Assembly: GCA_964459155.1 (NCBI GenBank)
Contig: CAYWKF010000007.1
Coordinates: forward strand, 10,671-74,670
Source: an uncultured Desulfobacterales bacterium
GTDB lineage: Bacteria > Desulfobacterota > Dissulfuribacteria > Dissulfuribacterales > JALVPX01
Direction of reading: 5' to 3'
DNA: 64,000 bases
Both the position numbers and the translations under genes were made by a program. The notes beneath the pieces are model-generated. The model was not told where the DNA came from. It searched no databases and worked only from the letters and a program-made list of their open reading frames with translations. Positions 1-8,618 of this stretch are shown piece by piece. Within the stretch, counting starts at the first letter, position 1. The number at the start of each line of letters is the position of its first letter.

Positions 1-131
1 TTGCAATTTTTGTATATAAATCCCTGGCGTCAGGGAGTTAAACGGTTTGCTTTTTAGAAAAAGGTGGCTATGCTCTCCTCTCTCACTGCACGGAAAAAAC
101 GAATGAATCGCCACTCAGTATTGTACACGGG

Positions 132-161
132 ATTTTATATAACACAAACAGAAAATGTCAA
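132..161 (-). promoter_or_regulatory. Possible sigma70 promoter pointing left, toward a gene outside the window
   Basis: Minus strand TTGACA (161-156), 18 nt spacer, TAAAAT (137-132) in an AT-rich intergenic region. Confidence 0.4.
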
Positions 162-295
162 GGGCAAAACGTTTTTCTTGCAAAGATAAAATTTGGCAAA
201 TAAACATGAAAAATATAGACAGGCCTAGCTAGCTGATTTTATTGAAAAATTATACCGATAGGACTTAAAATAAAAATGTACACATTTTCTCACAT

Positions 296-946
296 ATGCC
301 CATAAAAGACAAAAAACAGATGACAAAGAATGAGCATTTCTTCACAAGATCCATTGCAATTTTGGCCGGTGGTAGAAGTTCACGCTTTGGGAGCGAAAAA
401 GCCTTTGCACCCTTTTTAGGACGCAGGGTAATAGATTTTGTCTTAAAAGCCTGCTTTGAGAGTGGAGCCGATATCTACATCATTGCAAACCGATACAAGT
501 ACAGTCAATTGGGTTTCCCAACATTTTCAGACCACTATCATGGACTTGGCCCTCTTGCAGGCATTCACAGCGCCTTAAAAAACATCCAGGATGAACGCAT
601 CTTGATTGTTGGATGTGATATGCCCCTTTTGAATTCCCGCCTAATCGAGTGGATGCTGCGTCTCAAAAGAGAGGAACAGATCACAATTCCTGAATATGAA
701 GGCAAGCTTCAACCATTGCATGCAATTTACTCTCGATCGTTGCTGCCCTTGATCGAAAAAAGACTCCAACAAAAAAAATTAAGTCTTTATGAACTTCTTG
801 GAGAATCAAGTTATTACAAGATTTCCCAAAAACATGTGGTTCCTTATTGCCCGCACGGCCTTTGTTTTGCGAGTACCAACACCAAGGAGGAGTTGAAGAG
901 GCTTGAAGCTGCCGCGCCAGCCTATTTTGAAAAAGTCTTGAGCTAA
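296..946 (+). CDS. mobA: Molybdenum cofactor guanylyltransferase MobA (start may be 320)
   Basis: LAGGRSSRFGSEKA nucleotidyltransferase loop, GPLAGIHSAL, GCDMP, QPLHAIY; about 210 aa. Confidence 0.85.
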   Translation: MPIKDKKQMTKNEHFFTRSIAILAGGRSSRFGSEKAFAPFLGRRVIDFVLKACFESGADIYIIANRYKYSQLGFPTFSDHYHGLGPLAGIHSALKNIQDERILIVGCDMPLLNSRLIEWMLRLKREEQITIPEYEGKLQPLHAIYSRSLLPLIEKRLQQKKLSLYELLGESSYYKISQKHVVPYCPHGLCFASTNTKEELKRLEAAAPAYFEKVLS

Positions 947-994
947 TACCGCAGGTAAAGTATCTATTCGTGAACCAAAAACATAACGGAGCGT

Positions 995-1909
995 TTGCTT
1001 ATGCCCTTAGACCACTTGGAAAAAAGAATAGATAAAGCACTCAAGAAGGGGAAGCCGGGAAGTGCTGTACAGCCTGTCAAAATGCGCAGGGACAGTAAAT
1101 TTCGCTTCAAATGTTACCCAGGTGTTCCATGTTTTACACGCTGCTGCCGCAACATGAACATCATCCTTACCCCATATGATATCATACGCATGAAGCATCG
1201 ATTGGGCATGAATTCAGACCTGTTCCTGAAGTTGTATGCCCAGCCTGAAATGCTTGGCATTACTGGTGTGCCAGTAGCACGCTTAAAAATGCTTGAAGAG
1301 GAAAATGGGAGATGTCCTTTTGTTACCAATGAGGGATGCCAGATTTACACAGACAGGCCAGTCTGCTGCCGCTACTATCCCATTGGAATCGCAAGCCTTA
1401 AACAGCAAGAACAGCAAAAAGCGGAGGAAGAGGAGTTCTTTTTCTTGGTCAAGGAAGAGCACTGCAAGGGTTTTGAAGAACAGGACGAATGGACTGTGGA
1501 TTCGTGGCGTGCAGATCAGGAGGCGGATCTATATGACAGCATGAACAAGGGTTGGTTGGAACTACTTTTACGGAAGCGCTCTTTTGGCGAAGAGACCGAA
1601 ATGCCGCCCCAGGCTCGAAAGTTGTTTTACATGGCTACCACAAACATGGAGCAGTTCAGGCGTTTCATTTTTGAAAGCCGGTTTCTTGATACTTACGAAG
1701 TAAAATCCTCTCTTATCCGCGAAATACGAGAAGATGATGTTGCCCTCATGCAGTTTGCCTTTGAATATCTGAAACACGCAGTCTTTGGCGGTGAAAGTGA
1801 TATCGTAAAACTTAGAGACGAAATACTCAACAAGACGGTAAAGCAAATCATAAAAAGGCGGGAGAAAAAGCGCAAAAAAATGGAGAGGTTGCGCAAAGGC
1901 CGCCTTTAA
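995..1909 (+). CDS. YkgJ/UPF0153-family cysteine-cluster (Fe-S/Zn) protein
   Basis: CxxxxxCxxxCC at the N-terminus, then CPFVTNEGCQIYTDRPVCCRYYP. Confidence 0.8.
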   Translation: MLMPLDHLEKRIDKALKKGKPGSAVQPVKMRRDSKFRFKCYPGVPCFTRCCRNMNIILTPYDIIRMKHRLGMNSDLFLKLYAQPEMLGITGVPVARLKMLEEENGRCPFVTNEGCQIYTDRPVCCRYYPIGIASLKQQEQQKAEEEEFFFLVKEEHCKGFEEQDEWTVDSWRADQEADLYDSMNKGWLELLLRKRSFGEETEMPPQARKLFYMATTNMEQFRRFIFESRFLDTYEVKSSLIREIREDDVALMQFAFEYLKHAVFGGESDIVKLRDEILNKTVKQIIKRREKKRKKMERLRKGRL

Positions 1910-1919
1910 ATAGGCTGCT

Positions 1920-2633
1920 ATGTTCTTACGCCTTTCCAAACTCTCATATACTTATCCAAACAGTGACCAGCCCATCTTTCAAGACCTTAATTGGGATTTG
2001 GAAGGCCCGGGTTTTTTTTCACTGTTCGGCTTTTCCGGGGTTGGCAAAAGCACCCTCGCCAAAATTGCCAGCGGTGATATCACCGGTTACACGGGCCACA
2101 GAACCACATCGGATTCGGCTACCCTGTTGTATTCCCACAACAACGAACGTATACCCGGCTGGCAGACTGTTTCAGAACACATTGCCCAAGTGACACCTCC
2201 ACAAAAAGCGCGATTATGCCGTGAAATAGCCGAACGTTTTTCCATCACTGCAAACATGGATCGCCGTTTTGCGAGACTTTCCATGGGACAGAAGAACAGG
2301 GTAAACGTACTACGGTACATCTTACAAGATTTTGATCTACTCATAGGTGATGAAATTCTTGCCAATGTGGATGAACCAACAAGGAATCTGATCCTGTTTG
2401 AGATCAAAAAGCTATTTCCAGACAAGACATTTCTGTACATCTCCCACAACGCTTTGGAAGTGGTCAAATTTTCCAAGATCATTTTCGTTCTGCCCCAAAC
2501 TCCAGATGGAATCGTTACAAAGGTGCTCACAATGCCAGGGCTTGATGAACACGCGGGAGGGGAGACCGATCCGCGGAACGTCGAACGCATGGTGTTCTCC
2601 CTACTTAAAATGGCAGGGTCGGGGGAGGCCTAG
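1920..2633 (+). CDS. ABC transporter ATP-binding subunit (NitT/TauT-like, divergent)
   Basis: Walker A GFSGVGKST, signature LSMGQ, Walker B LLIGDE, H-loop SHN; followed by permease and binding protein. Confidence 0.8.
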   Translation: MFLRLSKLSYTYPNSDQPIFQDLNWDLEGPGFFSLFGFSGVGKSTLAKIASGDITGYTGHRTTSDSATLLYSHNNERIPGWQTVSEHIAQVTPPQKARLCREIAERFSITANMDRRFARLSMGQKNRVNVLRYILQDFDLLIGDEILANVDEPTRNLILFEIKKLFPDKTFLYISHNALEVVKFSKIIFVLPQTPDGIVTKVLTMPGLDEHAGGETDPRNVERMVFSLLKMAGSGEA

Positions 2634-2635
2634 CA

Positions 2636-3388
2636 ATGCCATTTATACAGCGGTTCCTTCAGTTTCTAGGCATCTATATTACAGGAGTCATGACTCTATG
2701 GGGTGTCAAGTACTTCTTTGGACTGTCGGACTATCTCGTCCCTCCTCCACTTGAACTTCTTGAAGTTGCGGCATCTGATGGTATCAGGGATCTTCTGGCT
2801 GCTGCCAACACGATGCTTGTGGCTGTGGCAGGACATTTTGTCGCAGTGCTGCTTGCCACATTTGTAGCTATTATTGGAAGATCTTCCACATTGGCGGGAA
2901 ACTTGACCAGGATGGCCGCCTTCAATTTGCAAGCTTATCCAGTGGTTGCCATTGCTCCAATCATATTTCTTTTTCTGGGAGACGGACTGGCCTCCAGATT
3001 GTTAATAGCCTCCCTAATATGTTATTTCCCGCTACTCCTCAGTTTCATAGGCATCTTTTCTCAACCTGTGGATGAAGTGGAACACTTTTTCAAGGCTACA
3101 GGCCGTCTAAATATCAGCCTCGAACTCAAGATCAGGACTTTTGAAAACCTTGATAAGCTTATCACTGTGATCGTAGGTAGCGGCACCACTGCCATGGTTG
3201 GCACCATAGTGGCCGAATTTCTTGCAGCCACTCAAGGAGTAGGCTATGTGATAAGAAAAGCCCTTTATCAGAGCAACCTTGCGAAAATTTTGATAGCGCT
3301 CTTCTTGATAGGTCTTTTCTCGTCCATTTATTTGTCCCTGCTGGAAGGGTGCGGGAAGTTGGTCAAAAAGCGAATGATCGGCATATGA
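2636..3388 (+). CDS. ABC transporter permease (NitT/TauT-like)
   Basis: About 6 hydrophobic segments, PVVAIAPII, GTIVAEFLAATQGVGYVI; stop overlaps the next ATG (ATGA). Confidence 0.8.
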   Translation: MPFIQRFLQFLGIYITGVMTLWGVKYFFGLSDYLVPPPLELLEVAASDGIRDLLAAANTMLVAVAGHFVAVLLATFVAIIGRSSTLAGNLTRMAAFNLQAYPVVAIAPIIFLFLGDGLASRLLIASLICYFPLLLSFIGIFSQPVDEVEHFFKATGRLNISLELKIRTFENLDKLITVIVGSGTTAMVGTIVAEFLAATQGVGYVIRKALYQSNLAKILIALFLIGLFSSIYLSLLEGCGKLVKKRMIGI

Positions 3389-4413
3389 AAATCCCATTCA
3401 CCAAAAAGAGATTTTCCATCTTTTTGCTTTTGTTAATGGTATTTTGCTTGACGTCATGCAGTGATTCAACAAGACAAAAAGGGGGAGACCAAGGCCAGAG
3501 CCAGCCCAAACATATAGTTTACAGGCTTAAATGGCTCTTCAACGCCAGTGTTGTTGGAGACATCTGGGCCAAGGAAAAAGGGGTGTTCGAGCTTGCAGGG
3601 CTCACGGTGGAAGTAAAGGAAGGCGGTCCTGAGCAAGATGCCATAAAGGATCTAGAACTTGGCAGGGCTCACTTTGGGGTAGCGTCAGCAGATCAGGTGA
3701 TAAGAGCAGCAGCCAAGGGGGCACCTGTATTAGTTGTTGCCCAACTTTTCCAGAAAAATCCTTTACAATGGATCTACCGGTGCGATCAAGTCCACATCAA
3801 TTCTCCACAAGACCTTAAAAAATACCGAATCGGTGTCACCTTTGGTGGAAATGACGAGGCGATACTGCTGGCTCTGCTGTCAAAGTATCATTTGGATCCA
3901 CAAAATTTAGATCTTTATGCAGTTCACTATGACTTTAATCCCTTCTGGAAGGGTCTGGTCAATCTTTGGCCGGTATATAGAAACACCCAGGGTATTCTAC
4001 TGAGTCACAAAATGGCCAAGATAGGCGAGAAAGCCTGCTTTTTCGACCCTACTCGATATGGAATAAAATTTGTTGCAAATTCCGTTGTGACTTCGCAGGC
4101 AATATATGATCAACACCCTGAGCTGGTGGTACGTTTTGTTAAGGCACTGCTGAAGGCATGGGCTGATGCACTATCTGAGGAGAATTTGGAAAATGCAGTA
4201 GCCCTGCTAAAAAGATATGCTCCTGAAACGCCAAAGCCTATCCTAGAAGAGCAAATAAGGGCAACCAGGACCCTCGTCCTCCCAGATGGCGTTGCCATGC
4301 CTGGCATGATCGATATGGCTGCGTGGAGGCAGACGGAACAAATAATGGTGGACCAACAACTGATCGACAAACCTGTGAAAATAGAACGGCTTCTCAAGCC
4401 ACCTCTTCTTTGA
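3385..4413 (+). CDS. ABC substrate-binding lipoprotein, NMT1/THI5-like
   Basis: Signal peptide with lipobox LTSC; LKWLFNAS..G...AKEKGVF...GLTVEV.EGG; start set at ATG 3385 (ORF track begins 3349). Confidence 0.75.
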   Translation: MKIPFTKKRFSIFLLLLMVFCLTSCSDSTRQKGGDQGQSQPKHIVYRLKWLFNASVVGDIWAKEKGVFELAGLTVEVKEGGPEQDAIKDLELGRAHFGVASADQVIRAAAKGAPVLVVAQLFQKNPLQWIYRCDQVHINSPQDLKKYRIGVTFGGNDEAILLALLSKYHLDPQNLDLYAVHYDFNPFWKGLVNLWPVYRNTQGILLSHKMAKIGEKACFFDPTRYGIKFVANSVVTSQAIYDQHPELVVRFVKALLKAWADALSEENLENAVALLKRYAPETPKPILEEQIRATRTLVLPDGVAMPGMIDMAAWRQTEQIMVDQQLIDKPVKIERLLKPPLL

Positions 4414-5458
4414 GCATGCAGCAGGCGATCCTGTTCTGGGGCCTGCCATGTTCGTCATATCGAATGTTGCCTGGATGCAATATCTTGTTCAGCACGCACC
4501 CCTCTGGGATGTTCAATGGAAAGAGGTCACTCTCCCTGACAGGTGGCCTTGGCGCCAGGCGATCACCTTTGATTTCCAGGGAATGGATTGGATAATCTTC
4601 GCACAGAGGACACCTGTAGACACGCCCATTGGGAAACACAAAGTAATTGTCTGCAACCAGGCCTGCGCAGGCAAAAGCTTCTTGCTCATCCAAATAGACC
4701 TTGGGATAGGTGACCCTTATCCCATTTTTTGCCACAGTTTCTGCAACCGCCGGAACAATCTGGTTCCATTGATCCATATCAACCTGCAGATCTGAATCTC
4801 CTTCCTGGGCAGACCTGCCCCTAATGCCAATTACCTGGATAAAAAAGTGTTTGACCCCTAGATCTACCAACAAAGGTGCCATATTGGGCAAGTCGAGGAT
4901 ATTCCTTCTGCTTGCAGTGAAAATCAAGCTGGTAGTAAAACCCTTACCAACCGCATGGCGCAGATTGTTGGTGCACACCTCGAAGACCCCTTTGCCGCGT
5001 ATCGGATCATTGGTTTCAGGCGTGCTTCCATCCAAGCTGAAACTCAAAAAATCGAGATCGTCAGGAGAGACTCTGCTCAAAAAATCGTGAAACAAAAATC
5101 CATTTGTATCCACTGTAACAGAACGGCAGCCTAATCTTTTGGCCTCTTTTATCGCCTGTGGGAGGTGGGGATTCATGGTAGGCTCTCCACCCAGGAAGAT
5201 GACATTGGTTTCACCAGGATTTTTTGGTATGTTGACTTTTGGCGCAACATGTGGACCTAGCAAGTCCTTGAGATCTATTTCAGATTCGACCAAGAGCCTC
5301 AACCATTGGAAGATTGTTTCTTTGTCAAGGATAGTAGTCCCGTGTTGATCCGGATTTATGTAACAATGCATGCATCTTAGATTACATTGGGTAAGTATGT
5401 GAAAAAAAATATTTCTGCTGTTAGGTCTAAATTCAACCGTGCGTTTTTTGATATCCAT
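4394..5458 (-). CDS. Radical SAM protein with Cys-rich (SPASM/twitch-like) C-terminus
   Basis: CNLRCMHC (CxxxCxxC), GGEP, DTNG, SLDG; C-terminal CAG...GRVYRCPLC...GC...ACC. Confidence 0.85.
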   Translation of the reverse strand: MDIKKRTVEFRPNSRNIFFHILTQCNLRCMHCYINPDQHGTTILDKETIFQWLRLLVESEIDLKDLLGPHVAPKVNIPKNPGETNVIFLGGEPTMNPHLPQAIKEAKRLGCRSVTVDTNGFLFHDFLSRVSPDDLDFLSFSLDGSTPETNDPIRGKGVFEVCTNNLRHAVGKGFTTSLIFTASRRNILDLPNMAPLLVDLGVKHFFIQVIGIRGRSAQEGDSDLQVDMDQWNQIVPAVAETVAKNGIRVTYPKVYLDEQEAFACAGLVADNYFVFPNGRVYRCPLCEDYPIHSLEIKGDRLAPRPPVRESDLFPLNIPEGCVLNKILHPGNIRYDEHGRPQNRIACCMLKEEVA

Positions 5459-5483
5459 GACAAGTTATGAATGATTCCCCTGA

Positions 5484-6038
5484 TCAAGTTGCGTTCATCG
5501 TGTATCTGGCAAGAAGACTGCCCTTCCAGTAGGAATTGCGTTCGTCTTTAAAAAATTTTTTGAACAACGCCAGGCTTTCGCCCCTGCAAATACCGCCTAC
5601 TATCTCTATGGTATCAGCGCGATATAGATGACCATTCAATATTTCTGGGCAGGACTCATTCCAGACGGCACTGAGAGGCTTGCTGCGGTCGAGACCTGCT
5701 GCTCCACCCATGACGTCTTCGTAGGCATAAACAATCCTGTTTACTCCATTCAAGATCAAGGCGCCGAGGCACATGAGACAGGGCTCCATGGTGCAATAAG
5801 CGCACACTATTCCGTCCCTTTTAGCTCCCCTAGCCAACCAATCACGAATGGCCATAATCTCACCATGGTCGAGTTCATTTAAACCTTCTTGCCTACTGTG
5901 TTGCCTAGCTCCTGAACCCACCATGTTGTTGCCGGAGACAAGTATGCACCCAACGGGAAACTCTCCGGCTTCCAGCGCCTTTTGAGCCAAAACCAAGGCT
6001 TGTTTCATCCACATTATGTCTTCTTCTTTTGAAACCAC
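5484..6038 (-). CDS. Zn-dependent nucleoside/nucleobase deaminase (TadA/CDA fold)
   Basis: WMKQAL, GEFPVGC, HGE and PCLMC zinc motifs; start probably GTG 6038 (AGAGG upstream) or ATG 6014. Confidence 0.8.
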   Translation of the reverse strand: MVSKEEDIMWMKQALVLAQKALEAGEFPVGCILVSGNNMVGSGARQHSRQEGLNELDHGEIMAIRDWLARGAKRDGIVCAYCTMEPCLMCLGALILNGVNRIVYAYEDVMGGAAGLDRSKPLSAVWNESCPEILNGHLYRADTIEIVGGICRGESLALFKKFFKDERNSYWKGSLLARYTMNAT

Positions 6039-6577
6039 CTTTTGATTTCCTCTTCTGCTGCAAAGGCCGCGTCTGACTCGGCTCCAATATAGCATTGCAA
6101 AACCTTAAGCTTTTTCTGCGGGATCTTGTCTTGCAGACGTTTGCACAGATAATTTACACAAATTGTATGCCTTGCTGCAATCTTGCAGCCTTTTGGCCCT
6201 AGGAACCAGCATCCTTTTGGATCTTCGCGCTCCTTTGCCAGGCTGCTGCCTAGGAGCCGATTTATTAAAAGCAGTGCTACAGTGAACTTTGCTTCAATGC
6301 CTTTGCCACAGCAACTGCCGCCGTCATTTACAGCACAATCGAAACACTCGGCAAAAACACCAACTTCCTCCATTGATTCAGCAGTGGAACTTATGGCGTC
6401 CTTATAGCGTTGCAGCACTTTCTTAATCCTTTCGTCCTGCACCAAAAGCTTTCCATACCTTTTAAAAAGAGAATCAGCCCACGTGATCTTTTGTAAAATG
6501 GGATAATCTATGCCTGGGGGTATCAGGTCGATTTCATCACCATCTTTTTGCCGATCAGAATTGTCAACCATGCTCAT
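6014..6577 (-). CDS. Cys-rich hypothetical protein, divergent YkgJ-like
   Basis: CxxC-x7-CC then C-x7-C-x8-C-x4-C; start trimmed to ATG 6577 because the longer ORF (to 6952) is antisense to purM. Confidence 0.6.
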   Translation of the reverse strand: MSMVDNSDRQKDGDEIDLIPPGIDYPILQKITWADSLFKRYGKLLVQDERIKKVLQRYKDAISSTAESMEEVGVFAECFDCAVNDGGSCCGKGIEAKFTVALLLINRLLGSSLAKEREDPKGCWFLGPKGCKIAARHTICVNYLCKRLQDKIPQKKLKVLQCYIGAESDAAFAAEEEIKRWFQKKKT

Positions 6578-6689
6578 CTTAGGTAATGTTGTATTTCCAT
6601 TTAGTTTTATTCTGTTTTTAACAGACGTTTTTTTATAACACTTTGAAGCAAATGCTGTAAGAACCCTTTTGATAAAGTGGAGTATTGTA

Positions 6690-7736
6690 ATGAATAAAGA
6701 CCTGTATGCTGAGGCAGGAGTAGACATAGACAAGGCCAACTTGTTGGTAGAAAAGATAAAACCCATAGTGGCCTCTACCTTCAAAAAAGGCGTGCTCACA
6801 GAAATAGGCGGCTTTGCCGGTATGTTTGCAATGGACGTGGACCAGTTTGAACAGCCAGTCTTGGTCTCATCAACTGATGGCGTGGGAACAAAACTCAAAA
6901 TTGCCATTGATTCAGGCATACATGATACTGTGGGCATTGATCTCGTAGCCATGTGCGTAAACGATATACTCGTGTGTGGTGCAAAGCCGCTCTTTTTCCT
7001 TGACTACTTTTCAACTGGCAAGCTTGATCCAGAGGTCGGAGAGGCTGTGATAAGAGGTATTGCTGAAGGGTGCACACAGGCCAACTGCTCTCTGATTGGC
7101 GGTGAGACTGCTGAAATGCCAGGCCTTTACAAAGAAGGGGATTACGATCTTGCAGGCTTTTCAGTAGGTGTAGTGGACAGGAAAAAGATAATAGATGGCT
7201 CTGACATTGGGGTGGGAAACGTCCTGGTAGGATTGGCATCCAGCGGACTGCACAGCAACGGTTTTTCCTTGGTCAGAAAGATTTTTTTTGAGGATATGGG
7301 GCTTACCGTATTAGACAAAGTGGTTGAACTTGGAGAGCAGCCGCTTGCGGAAATATTGCTCACACCGACTAAAATTTATGTGAATACTGTCTTCCGTATC
7401 CTTAAGGAATACAAAATAAATGGAATGGTGCATATAACAGGCGGAGGCCTATTGGAAAACATCCCTAGAATTCTTCCTCAGACTTGCAAGGCAGTTATCG
7501 AGAAATCCTCCTGGGAAATGCATCCAATTTTCAAATTTCTTCAGAAACAAGCCAATATCCCAGAAAAAGAAATGTTTCGTACCTTTAACTGTGGAATTGG
7601 CATGGTACTTATATTTCCAGAAAACATTGTTCAGGATGTCATGTTCCAGCTCCGGGCACTTGGTGAAGATGCAAAAATAATCGGCAGAGTCGAGCCGCGG
7701 GATGAAGACGAAGATCCAGTTCTTTTTACTGACTGA
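6690..7736 (+). CDS. purM: Phosphoribosylformylglycinamidine cyclo-ligase (AIR synthetase)
   Basis: YAEAGVDI, STDGVGTK, DLVAMCVND, GGETAEMPG, SSGLHSNG, HITGGG, TFNCGIG; GGAG before ATG 6690. Confidence 0.97.
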   Translation: MNKDLYAEAGVDIDKANLLVEKIKPIVASTFKKGVLTEIGGFAGMFAMDVDQFEQPVLVSSTDGVGTKLKIAIDSGIHDTVGIDLVAMCVNDILVCGAKPLFFLDYFSTGKLDPEVGEAVIRGIAEGCTQANCSLIGGETAEMPGLYKEGDYDLAGFSVGVVDRKKIIDGSDIGVGNVLVGLASSGLHSNGFSLVRKIFFEDMGLTVLDKVVELGEQPLAEILLTPTKIYVNTVFRILKEYKINGMVHITGGGLLENIPRILPQTCKAVIEKSSWEMHPIFKFLQKQANIPEKEMFRTFNCGIGMVLIFPENIVQDVMFQLRALGEDAKIIGRVEPRDEDEDPVLFTD

Positions 7737-7756
7737 AAAATCACGGCAAAGGTTCG

Positions 7757-8188
7757 TTGAAGAATTCTGTTACTAAACGCAAGCCTCTGTTAATAAGCGC
7801 CTGTCTTTTGGGCCTACCATGCCGTTACGACGGCAAAACCATAACAAGGCCTAAATTGGCCTCAAGGCTTGCTCAACATATCGTTGTGCCCATATGTCCT
7901 GAACAGTTGGGCGGCTTACCGACTCCTCGGCCTCCAGCACAAATTGTGGGGGGTGATGGGTTAGACGTCGTGGAAGGCAGGGCAAAGGTTATGACCAAGG
8001 CCGATGACAAGGATGCAACTATGGCATTCATATTGGGAGCCGAGTCAGCATTGCAGATAGCAAAGCTGGTGCAGCCTGAACTATGTATCTTAAAGGCGAA
8101 AAGCCCTTCTTGTGGTTTAACACCGATTTTAGGCGTAACAACAGCCTTGCTGTTGAGCCATGGATACAACTTAATGGAGATCGAATAG
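7757..8188 (+). CDS. DUF523-family protein (2-thiouracil desulfidase TudS-like)
   Basis: SACLLG..CRYDG, CPEQLGGLPTPR, LKAKSPSCG, GVTTALL. Confidence 0.75.
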   Translation: MKNSVTKRKPLLISACLLGLPCRYDGKTITRPKLASRLAQHIVVPICPEQLGGLPTPRPPAQIVGGDGLDVVEGRAKVMTKADDKDATMAFILGAESALQIAKLVQPELCILKAKSPSCGLTPILGVTTALLLSHGYNLMEIE

Positions 8189-8196
8189 GACTGTCT

Positions 8197-8490
8197 TTAT
8201 TCCTTGATCTCCACCTTATCTTTCACCCGCTCCCTAAGCTCTTTTCCAACCTTGAAGAATGGAAGTTTTTTGGGCTTAACAGCAATTTTTTCACCTGTCT
8301 TTGGGTTTCTGCCAGTGTATGCCCTATATTCCCTAACACTAAAACTCCCAAAGCCCCTTATTTCTATCCCTTCGCCATTCACCAAGGCCTCGGTCATGGC
8401 GTCGAAGACCTCTTTGACCACGCTCTCAGCCACTTTTCTGTGAACACCTAATTCCTGCGCCATTATCTCAATAAGCTGTGACTTGTTCAC
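8197..8490 (-). CDS. ihfB: Integration host factor beta subunit
   Basis: NKSQLIE, IEIRGFGSF, GRNPKTG, PFFKVGKELRERV; GTG start at 8490. Confidence 0.85.
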   Translation of the reverse strand: MNKSQLIEIMAQELGVHRKVAESVVKEVFDAMTEALVNGEGIEIRGFGSFSVREYRAYTGRNPKTGEKIAVKPKKLPFFKVGKELRERVKDKVEIKE

Positions 8491-8618
8491 TCCCAAACCC
8501 CTTTTGCTTAAAAAGTTGCAGAATATCAACTAACTACTTAATATCAGATAACTTGTGGTTAGCGCAAGGCCATATTGGCCAATTATTTCAAAAAATCATT
8601 AGAAAAGAAAAAATACCC

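Noticed and set aside
21-56. GCAAACC plus hairpin, resembling a c-di-GMP-I riboswitch
   Set aside because: The GAAA tetraloop and the GGGACGCAAA/receptor elements are absent.
6578-6952. N-terminal extension of the 312 aa ORF 6014..6952
   Set aside because: It is antisense to purM and the AT-rich intergenic region; the plausible gene starts at ATG 6577 or 6571.
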